Notes under the pieces: model-generated
Seen by the model: only the letters and a program-made list of their open reading frames with translations
What the model was told of the DNA's origin: nothing
The model's database searches: none
Part shown: piece by piece, positions 26,801 through 37,866 of the stretch
Layout of the letters: every line of letters starts with the position of its first letter
Numbering within the stretch: position 1 is the first letter of the stretch
DNA from: Trichoplax adhaerens
Lineage: Eukaryota > Animalia > Placozoa
Assembly (NCBI RefSeq): GCF_000150275.1
Contig: NW_002060974.1
Location: 217,744 to 281,743, forward strand
Direction: 5' to 3'
Length of the DNA stretch: 64,000 nucleotides
Program-made: the position numbers and the translations under genes

Positions 26801-29800
26801 TATGTTTCGGAATATGCATCTATCGGGGAATGCTATAAAAATGGAGGGATTTTCTAGCTGATACTGTTAATGTAACATTTTATTACATTGATTGTTTCTG
26901 GTGTAGTATATTGGAGCCAAATATAAATTTAAATTTAAGGAAGGAGTACAATACATACTGCCGAAATTGTTAATAGTACCTATTCAGCACTGCTTAAAGT
27001 ACTTTGACTTCATTGATGTAAGTGATGTGATTTGGCTAAGTTTACCTACACTTCATTTCTTAACAGATTAGTGCTGACGATTGCTAATACCAGATTAGGT
27101 CATTGATAATGAATCTATACTGGTAAATTAATTGATTTATGTTTCTTCATATGATCGATGCTATAGCTCTTAGCAGGAGTAACAGTCCATCAAGAAGATC
27201 ATGATAATCTTGAACAGGTAATAAAGTTAATATGCTTATTAGCGATTTGCTCTTGCAAAGATATAACCGTTATCGTTTATTATAATAACTTTAATGTTGT
27301 TTTTATATAACTTCTTGTAGGCTTTGGGAATTCTAAGAACTCTGCAGATCCAAATTAAAAAAACATGTGATACGTTAATCGGAAAAAGGAGACATTAGTA
27401 TGCGATTTTTGTTACTCTATAATATTGGTATCAGAATGATTCATTAAATTTTTTTGGTTTCTAAATGCAATGTATTCAAATGGTTTTTTGGAAATCATGT
27501 AGTGGGGATGCATTTGAGTGTTTGTTGCGTCCTAGCAGACGGAGAACGCCAATGCATATGCTTTACGAGCTCGAGGAAGCAATAGATGCGTGGGAGGTTG
27601 GTTGCTTGTATTATTAGCGATTTGTTGCCTAGAAGTGTATTATATTGATACTTAGTATGGAAGTATCTCTCTTCTGATAGGGATCGAGTATAGCTTCTTG
27701 CTGCACGAACATGCTTATGGGTAAATAATAATCATATCTCGATACTTTGTGACTAAGATGATAGCACATTATAATAAGTATTAGTATAATACTTGTGATT
27801 GCAAATAGACTAAAGTTTTTTTCGATCTTTATTTAATTTTCAGAGGGTATACTGTATAAAATGTCATCTGGAAAAAAGGTTGGTTCACTTTTAAATTGTT
27901 CTACGTAATATTATCTAACAGTTTAGATACTACCAAATTATAACCCACTTACGATCTATTTAAAATAGCTTTCAGAGCGTCAAGTGTTCCTCCTAGACGG
28001 CTTATTAATTTGCTGTAAAAAGAATACGAAGCCGTCTTCATCTGCGGCTAGCTTTAGGCTAAAAGAACTCTTCAGTGTTAGAAAGACTGAGATTATCGAT
28101 CATGAGAGTGGTATGGTTGATTAAGAAATGTACAAATTCCGCAAAGAGCGTGATAATGTTAGAATCTATAGTGCATATTTTCCATTTACAGATACAAGCT
28201 TTGAGATCGTAGATCGAGATCACCGCTCTATAACGCTTACTGCGAGAGATTCAAAAGACAAACTTGAATGGATGTCAGTTTTATGTCTCTTACACTGTAA
28301 AAGGTACCATATCTTATTAAAACATATTATTTTTCCTAGTCGTAATCTTTCGTAGAGTAGTTCTTGATAATGCTTACAGCATGTCTTCGAACTTTATAAG
28401 TTCTCGCAACTTTCAACTTTATAGGGATAACTGATCCAACTCTTATAGGGCTGTGCTAGGCTTAAGTTATTATTACATAGAATTTCTGTTTGTATTTTTT
28501 AGTGCCATGGATCGGACTCTGGATGGCTTATTACAAGAACAAGAAAATGCAACCATACTTAGACTTCCGGATCCTAAGCATTACAGGTATGTATTATGCC
28601 CTATAAAGTAGTGCATTGTGTCGAACTTTTAGATTTATATGCTATGTAAGATATTTTATTGAAATCACTGAATTTCGTCAGATTTGCTATACCCGACAAA
28701 GTTGGAACTGATGGCAATATTGTATTGGAGGAGAATAAATATGTTAGTGCTATATGTGAGATTTAAAATGGCTATTTCTGCAATTATTCGTATGATGGGT
28801 TACCGTTTTTAAAACTGAATTTCTGTTAATGCTGTAGAATCCATCCGGTGTGCCATTAGTAAAGGGTGGAACTATTTTAAAATTAGTTGAAAGGCTAACA
28901 TATCATAAATATTCAGGTAAGGAAGCTTTGAAGATTAATTTTTATTCGATATATCATGAAGATATCCATTTTAGGATTTTAAATGGAGTACCTTGTACGC
29001 ACTTATTTTTTGGCATATGTCACAATGTTTTAGATCCTTCGTATGCGCGGATATTTTTAATCACGTACAGATCTTTCATGAAAGCAAGACATTTACTGGA
29101 ACTCTTAATAGAAAGATATCCTTCTTAAACAAATTTTAAAGCAAGCTTTTGATAGCGTACTCAGCAGAGTATGCGTTCTACTTACAACATTGTACAAAAC
29201 ATCGTCATTTAAGTACATGTTACGTTCCTGTCTAGTACGGTCTATAACATACTTAAAAGGTTCCACATAATTATGTAGATCATTATGATGATATCTCTTC
29301 CCTTAACTGTACCTACATGTAACATACCAGAACCGGTGGAATTTATAGGATTGAATTACCAAGACTTTAGTGCTACCGTTAGGGATGAATATAAAAAGTT
29401 TAAAAAGGAATACCTAGAACCAGTACAACTACGGTAACGTAAGATTTATTAACATTGAAAATCTCTAAAATTTATGATTTTATTGGCGCATAATTGCTGA
29501 TTTTACATATTCGTAGAGTACTGAATGTTTTACGTCAATGGGTCGACCATCATTTTTACGACTTTGCCAAAGATGAGATACTTTTAGATAGATTGAAAGA
29601 AATGGTTGAGTCAAAGAAAGGTAAATCAATGCGAAAATGGATCGAATCGATAGTAAAGATCATAAATCGTAAGGTATGCTCTAAGGTTCATTTGAAATTT
29701 TTTGAATTAGAATTAATACAAGAGCAATATAATATATTGTATGGTTTCTATTTGTATACTGTTAATGTAAAATTCTCATTTTAATTAGGAACAGGAAATC

Positions 29801-32549
29801 TACTTCAGTATTGCGTCCGATACTTCTCCAACATTTGATTTTTCGCCTCCACCGATAGAATGGTATATTGCTCGAAAATCGGATCAATACTCCATTCTTA
29901 CGGTAAGAGTAGAGTAAAATTGTTATTACCTTATTTATCTAGCCGTAATGTTACGGTTAATAAAATTACATACTTTTTAATTTACGCTACTCTAACTTTT
30001 TTCACGACCTGTAGCTTCATCCGGTAGAAATAGCTCGTCAACTGACACTTATAGAGTCGGAATTATTTAGGTCTGTACTTACTATACGGTTTATTAGTAA
30101 ATTACTAAGTGGATAACATTTTGGTGGTACTAAACTAAAAGACTAAATGAAATCATGCTTTTATGATAGGGCTGTTAAACCCTCTGAATTGGTTGGTGTT
30201 ATGTGGACAAAGCCTGATAAGGACAAATTAGCTCCAAACGTTTTGCAACTCATTCAGCACTCGACATTGGTATCACATTTCGTACCCGCCAGTTGAATTG
30301 TTAGATTGCCTCTTACTAGATTTCTGAATATTGAATTTTCAGATTACGCATTGGTGCGAAAATGAAATTTTAAAGCATGAAAATTTAGAAGAGAGAACAG
30401 CAGTAGTTTTGAGATTCATTGAAGTACTAATGGTGAGTTTAGAGACAATAGAACAACGAGAAAATTATTAAACCTCATATCTGCTGTCATAATTGATCTT
30501 TCCTTTGTGAAATACGTAATAAAATAAATAGGTTTTCGAGGAGTTGAATAATTTAAATGGGATACTTGAGATTGCTAGCGCAATAGGTTCGTCGCCTGTT
30601 CACAGATTAGAGCATACTTTCAAGGTAATTTATGTAGTTATTAAATTATTAAAGGAAGGTAGTAATATTTTACAATGTAATATACAGTGCTGGATAAGAA
30701 TATATAGGGAATAGAGTATGAAATGCTTACATTAAAATTATTGCATTTAATTTCTATATAGGAAATTCCGCCTAAGCGACTTTCTTATTTAAAGGAAATG
30801 CTTGGACTTACAGCTGATCATTTCCGAAAGTATAATGAGAAATTGCGCTCCGTAAATCCGCCATGTATTCCGTTTATGGGTACAAAGATAAATTATAGAA
30901 TAGTACTTTGTTGACTCAAAATTAATTTCAGGGATACTATGCTACTTTTTTTTACTTAGGAAAATATTTAACAGAAATTCTTCATACCGAAGAAGGAAAT
31001 CCTGATTTTTTACCGACTAGCTCATCGGAAACTATAATTAATTTTCATAAAAGGTAGCACTTTCAGCGCTTGTCTATCGCATAAATAATTGTAAGGTCCA
31101 ATATAATATTAATCTGGAATCTGTAATCATTGACAATCTTAGGCGTAAAGTCGCAGATATTGTTGGTGAAATTCAGCAATTTCAGAATGTTCCATATTGT
31201 CTGAGAGAAGAACCCAGTATCAAAGTAGGTCTAGCATGATCAGTACTAAAGTTCTTTATATTAGGTAAATCTGTTCGCATTTATAAATACTGCATTTGTG
31301 GTTTATTCATTTTATCGTTTATGCGCTATTAGCGATTTTTGACATCCTTGGATCCGACCGAAACAAAAAGTAAAAGCCAATTTGAGGATTATTTATACGA
31401 ACAGTCTTTGAAAGTTGAACCTCGTGATAAGACCGATCCTCCGAAATTTGTGAGTGATAGTATAGAACTAGTATTATGATTTTACTTTCATATACTGTAG
31501 TTAGCTTTTTTATATTTAATTAGTAACACTAATTATGTCATGGTATATAAAATTTATTTGCTTTGTATAATCTTAGAAAGTTAATAGGTTATTTTAATGT
31601 TTTTTTGCTGCTTCTGTTATGTGTTACTGTGTAAATTAGTTAGACCTCTTACAATTATTTGCCTTTGCAGAGTCGTCGAACTGATGTACCTTTAAAGTCT
31701 CCTGGTATTAAGATTCGATCAAACTCTTTAACTGGTATGGGTATTATGACATCCAACCCAATAGCTACCAGAAGAACAAGCGGTAGTGGCGGCAGAGATT
31801 CTATCAGATCATTTTCGGAAGCTGTCAATCAAGGCTCTTTAGCTTCAAAAAAGCGTACTCTTAGCCGTAGTAGAGGTTCAAATTTCGAATTTCTTACAAG
31901 CACTTCTCAACCAGACGCTTTCTTAGGAAGAGGGGCGGTTCGATCATTATCATTGCCTATTGATCCAAACATAAAGTTACTGAAGGGAAATAGAATCAGA
32001 ACCGTTTCGAACTCATCAATAGCGTCAACAGAACCAATTACGTTGTTTGAAAATGAATACGAGTCTAGCAATGAAATTATTCCGCCAGTTCCGCCGCGGA
32101 AAAGTCGATCAGCTTCATCAAGTGACATCCATAGATTAGAAGTTGTCGAAGATAAGCATGAAGTACTGACTCGCCATTTATCTTTCCGTGGCCACCCAAG
32201 TGGTGATTCAAGACTGCCGCTCCCAATTCAAGAAGAGGTAATATTTGATGAAAATGATCAGCAGGACAAACCGCCTCCGTTGCCACCTAAACCGCGACAA
32301 CTATTTATTGAATCGACTAATCCACAGAAAGCCGATGATACTGGAGTACCACCACCTTTACCGCCGAGAGATTTTTCATCTACACCATGCGCTAACACAT
32401 TTTTTAATGTTCATTTCATGGATAATGGTGATGTTGATGGAAATGATGTAGATAAGGCTCCACTTCCACCACCACGATTGCTTAATCGAAGCACATCAAA
32501 AACTGATGAACCACCACCACCATTACCACCACGGCCTGCTAAGGCATAA
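20885..32549 (+). CDS. SOS: Son of sevenless (Ras/Rac GEF: histone fold, DH, PH, REM, CDC25, Pro-rich tail)
   Basis: Exon 20885-20953 encodes [15 protein letters not shown]. Exon 24576-24836 is the histone-like domain. Later exons give [24 protein letters not shown] (DH), [16 protein letters not shown] (PH), [18 protein letters not shown] and [17 protein letters not shown] (REM), and [21 protein letters not shown] and INFHKRRK (CDC25). The last exon 31671-32549 has several PPxPPR/K Grb2-SH3 motifs. Confidence 0.96.
29116..29316 (+). other. U12-type (minor spliceosome) AT-AC intron in SOS
   Basis: The 5' end is ATATCCTT at 29116, the branch site is TTCCCTTAAC at 29298-29307 and the terminal AC is at 29315-29316. 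Removal restores LLIER-CNIPEP, matching the SOS REM consensus (LIERFEIPEP). Confidence 0.88.
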
Positions 32550-34399
32550 TTTATCTCTGTGTTTAAAATAAAATTAGCCTTAGAAAAGGTTTTCAACGCT
32601 GCGGTACGCCATACTACGGTACAATATATTGATACATTATGTTATAGTATAAATCAATTTGTAAACAAATTCATTAGCAAATCTTCTAAGGTTTATGCAT
32701 AAATGAAAGCTTGCATATGAAAAGGAATTTCAGTTAGCATGCTTCATTATTTTACAATAACTCATATAATACTATTATTTGCCAAATTTTATACAATTTA
32801 TTTAGTAATAAGATAATGTGAATCGATAACTCTTACCAATACAATCGTTGCGTTAGATGTTCGATAGATCGTTATTGAATTGGTATATGTATGTACTCAT
32901 ATGTATACGCGTGTCAGGTCAGAATGCTGACTACAGACGTTGTTGGCGTCTGGTACCACAGGAATAATTTTTATGTAATATATGTTATGAATCAAATCAG
33001 TGATGTATATTAGAGTGGTTCTATGTACCTGTAAATCGATATTAATGATACATTGGTAGTTGTTCATACAATATTCTCCAATATGCATTTGAAGCATACA
33101 GTACAGCCATGACAATATATAAGTGTCACAAGTATGATATCGCTATTTTGATGAATATGCTTATGTCGTCGTCTGACATTCTAAATTTCATCTGATTACA
33201 TACGTAATGACGATGAGATCGTTTTTAATTTTTTTGGATGTATATTGAAATGAATTTAAATTTTCATACATTTTGTTACTTATGCTGTAATAATGTAATT
33301 CGTTTATCTTGCCAATTCTAGCCGGAACGGTTATCACTTGAACACTGTAAGTTATTTGCTAACGACACTGTTGATAAAATTAACAGCAGTTCTTTTTACG
33401 AATCAATGAATTAAGTATTTTGCTACTAGCTGGCTTATAATCATGCATTATGGTACTATTGCGGAATATAAGAATAATAAATATTACAGTAATCATTGCA
33501 ACAGGCCAGAAATAAAAAGAATTGCTATGCCACTATATAAACTTGCCAGATTCTTGTATTTTGCATTAACGACAAAAATTTCTTGTCCTCTTCGTGGGTT
33601 AATCATACACCGTACACAAGATTTTCACGAACCATATCTAATAATCCTCCTTCTCGCCATGAGCTTGGAACGCACATAGCATGCTATAGCAATGAAACTG
33701 CTAGCTTGACCGAACTTAGATTATGTGTACCGCATGACGATGTACTTACTTGTATCTATTGCGCAAGTATCAGCTTAATTGTTAAATTATTTAGCTATAA
33801 TTACATTTTACTATTCTATTTAAATGGCAATTTCAATGTCTCATATTCAATCAATATAGTTGGGTAATACGATCAGTATAATTTGCCTTGGTATCCGACA
33901 AATGTGATTCGTGAACTTCTTGGCAGAATAATGTAAATAGATTTAAAATTTGTCAAATGTGTGTTATAGTATAATTTAATTATTGAACTTACTGTATTTA
34001 TATAGGAACGGAAATAAAAAAATTTCGGCACACGTAGATATAGTACCATTTTGAGGTAAAACATTTTGATAAAGAACGACTATCTTTCTTTATATGGTAA
34101 AAAGTCCGTATACGAATAACAAAGAGAGGAGAAGTTTTCGATTAAAATGTAGATTACCGTTGAGTTTACTTAACTCTCTAGGCTCTCTAAATTGGTCAAG
34201 CAAGTATTCCCTCAAGCTTAGAAAGATGATATTGATATATCCTAGCCAGATGACGAGAAATACGTTGAAGTCTGCTATTACAATACGTTTAAGAATAGTT
34301 TGGGCATATTTTATTTTAAAGTATCCGATCTATTTAAACAAATGTGAGATAAAATTACTCGTAAGTGTTAATTGTATTATTAGAATAATAACAATTAAA

Positions 34400-34765
34400 A
34401 TCGCTAGAGTATTGTTCTCCATCGCTTTCTGACTAGTTTAAACAAGATAGAAGTTGTCTACTTTATTTTTGAGGTGATAACGATCGCTCATGTTGGAAAA
34501 TTAAATGCTAATAATTTTGTTATTGTAATTAATTTCGGTGCCGTAACCATTTTTCTTGGCGTACTGGAGAGTGAAATTGTAACGATTGAAGCCAATCACA
34601 GTAGTTATGCGATAGGTAGAATAATAAAAAGTGGAGTTACTAGCGTGTTATTCTTTATCACTTTCTAACCAGTTTCAACACAATACTGTAGAAGTTGTCT
34701 ATTTTACTTTTAGAGGTGATAGCGATCGTTCATATTGGAAAAATGATTGCAAAAATTCGTTACAG
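34400..34765. repeat. Diverged direct duplication (~120 bp core, ~240 bp apart)
   Basis: TAGAAGTTGTCTA..GAGGTGATA(A/G)CGATCG(C/T)TCAT(G/A)TTGGAAAA occurs at ~34448 and ~34688. Confidence 0.75.
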
Positions 34766-35781
34766 TAGTTAATTATTATCTAGTGAACTGCCCATTTGAA
34801 TGAACGTGAATTAAACTTCAAATCGAACGCATGGTTAATATTTGAGAGTTGATCCTATAATTTAATTGAAAATATCGCTGATTCAATGCAAGACATTCAA
34901 TTTTGATTTTATTCGTATAAATAGGAAATTGAATAAATATTTATTTTGTAGAGTTAATGTATACGACAGTATAAGTGTACATTGGCCTTTCCATACTTAT
35001 ATCAATCATAATAAAGTTATTCACGTGTCTTTATTTTGATGACGACTCTAGTAATAAGCGTATACTGTACTATATGTTTAAAACAAATGTACTCATGTGA
35101 TGTGATGATGTAATAAAATACATATAAATACATAGTCTAATACAGCGATAATATTTGAACTATGTTATTCCGATTAAATGCCATAAAATCAAGTAATCAT
35201 AGTATAAAATATGTTTGCTTCTCGAAGTTTTGGATTTAACATAGTATCACAAAATAAATCAGCCGAATGCGGTTAAAATAACTGTACGATAGTGAGGCTG
35301 CATCTTATATCAGGCATAGAGATATTACTTACTTTTCGCTAGACAATTTTATCAGCCGAATCACAAAATAACTCAACCGAAATAAAGGATAAAATAAAAT
35401 TATACCCGCATTATAACAGCAAGAGATTGAGCAATTAGTGTATTTTAGATGATGAGTATCAAGATCAAATTATACTAATATGTACGTACGAATAGTAATG
35501 ACAACTTGTATTGATCATCACTGACTTGTAATAAAATTATACCTCTTTTATAACGGCAAGAAATTAAACAATTAGTCTATTTTAGATAGTATCAAAATTA
35601 AAACTTGACGAATATTCTTATCGCCTATACCTGAGTTTTAATTCTTGTTTTCCATTTTTATTGATAAAAATTAATGTCTTTAATTTTCTTGCTCCCCGCG
35701 CGATTTTTATCACTTCTTTTGCTGTTTATTCTCCTAGCTCGGTAAACTCACGAACATCCTTAATACGATCTTTCAATTCAC

Positions 35782-36053
35782 CTAAAATCTTCGATCTGCT
35801 GGGATACTTCTAAATCTCACAGCTGATATATACCGAATACACGCGTAAAATATAGATATTTTCTGTCCAGTTACATCACTCAAAAACGATTTTGCTGGAT
35901 TAGCTTCATTCTTTCTTATAAATGTGGCTGCAACCCAAGAAACTGTAGCGTTAGAACCGGTCTTTTGCATCGTTCCTGCCAATTCTTTCCAGTTCCAAGA
36001 TTCGCTAAATTAAATAGGGAATGTCCCACTAACTTCATCTTCATAGGTAGGAT
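35782..36053 (-). pseudogene. Death-domain-like exon or remnant downstream of the TPR array
   Basis: The frame reads DPTYEDEVSGTFPI*FSESWNWKELAGTMQK...NPAKSFLSDVTGQKISIFYACIRYI, resembling death-domain helices (DWxxLA; SPxxxLLxxW..TV..L..L). There is an in-frame TAA at 36012-36010 and a possible acceptor just after it (exon from 36004). Confidence 0.45.
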
Positions 36054-36199
36054 CTATAGCATGCTTTTGATTTAATATAACAGCTTATGTCATTTCCAAA
36101 CTGCCTCTGGCGTAAAAATATTTCCTAACACATTGGCAAATTGTTGCATAACATCCAATACTTATAGCGTTGATAACTGATCACATTGTTATATTTAAC

Positions 36200-37866
36200 T
36201 CTCATGATATATGATTTGACAAGATCGGGATAATTGTGATGCATGACTTGCAATTGAATTTGAGTGACTTTTCTTACATTGAATAAGTCTCTTCATATTT
36301 GCCTTGATCTAAATACACATTTCATAAATTGCTATCTCGGGATGATAGTGATCAAGGATTGATAATTTATTTTGAGTGACTTCTCATACATAGAAATAGC
36401 GTCTTCATACTTACCTTGATTATTATACGCATTACCTAGATTGTTATATGATTTATCAATATCGGAATGGTTATGACTAAAGACTGACAATGAATTTGAG
36501 AGACTTCTTATACATAGAAATAGTCTCTTCATGCTTGCCTTGATTACAATATGCAGTTTCCATGTTGCTATATGATGTAAAAATATTGGGATGATGATGA
36601 CCAAAGATTGAGAATGTAATTTTAAGTTATTTCTTATACATAAAAATAGCCTTTTCATGCTTACCTTGACTATTACATATATATTCTAGGTTGTTATATG
36701 ATTTGGTTATATCGGGATGATTATGACCAATAAGTGAAAATTGAATTTTAAGAGACTTCTCATACATCGAAATAGCCTCTTTATGCTTGCCTTGATTATA
36801 ATATGAGGCTCCCAGATTGTTATATAATGTTGCAACATCGGGTTGATTATGATCAAAGACTGACAATATAATTTTGAGAGATTTCTCATACATAGAAATA
36901 GCTTCTTCATGCTTGCCTTGATTATTGTACACATTTCCTAGATTGCTATATGATTTGGCAACTTTGGGATGATTATGAGTAAAGATTGATAGTCTAATTT
37001 TGAGAGATTTCGCATACATAGAAATAGCCTCTTCATGCTTGCTTTGATGTAAGTACACATTTCCTAGATTGTTATATGATACAGAAATATCGGGATGATT
37101 GTGATCAAAGACTGACAATTGAATTTCGAGAGATTTCTCATACATAGAAATAGCCTCTTCATGCTTGTTTTGATTAGAATACACATTTCCTAGATTATTA
37201 AGTGATTTGGCAACATGGGGATGATTAGGACCAAACACTGACGATGTAATTTTGAGAGACTTCTCATGCATAGATATAGCCTCTTCATGTCTGCCTTGAT
37301 TACCATACACATTTCCTAGATTGTTATATAGCGTAGTAATATCGGGATGATTATGATCAAAGATTCGCAATGTAATTTTGAGAGACTTCTCATACATAGA
37401 AATAGCCTCTTCATATTTGCTTTTACGTGAATATACATTTCCCAGATTGTTATATAATTTAGCAATATCGGGATGATTATGACCAAAGACTGACAATGTG
37501 ATTTTAAGAGACTTTTCATACATAAAAATAGCCTCTTCATGCTTGCCTTGATTAGAATATGTAGATCCTATGTTGTTATATGATTTGGCAATATCGGGAT
37601 GATTATGACCAAAGACTGACGATGTAATTTTGAGAGACATCTTATACATAGAAATAGCCTCTTCATGTTTGCCTTGACATCTATATACAGTTCCTAAGTC
37701 GTTATATGATGTAGCAACATGGGCATGATTATGACCAAAGACTGACAGTCTAATTTTAACAGACTTCTTGTACATAGAAACAGCCTCTTCATGCTTGCCT
37801 TGATTATTGTACACATTTCCTAGATTGTTATATGATGCAGCAACATCGGGATGATTATGACCAAAA
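36200..37866 (-). pseudogene. Disrupted 3' part of the TPR repeat array (repeats ~20-32)
   Basis: Lesions: a 1-bp deletion at ~37866 relative to the 126-bp unit, TAA at 36629-36627, further 1-bp deletions at ~36495 and ~36370, then a larger deletion and decay toward ~36200. Confidence 0.8.

Noticed and set aside
25716-32596. Minus-strand ORFs inside SOS (25716-26039, 31907-32596)
   Set aside because: They are antisense shadows of SOS exons with no independent evidence.
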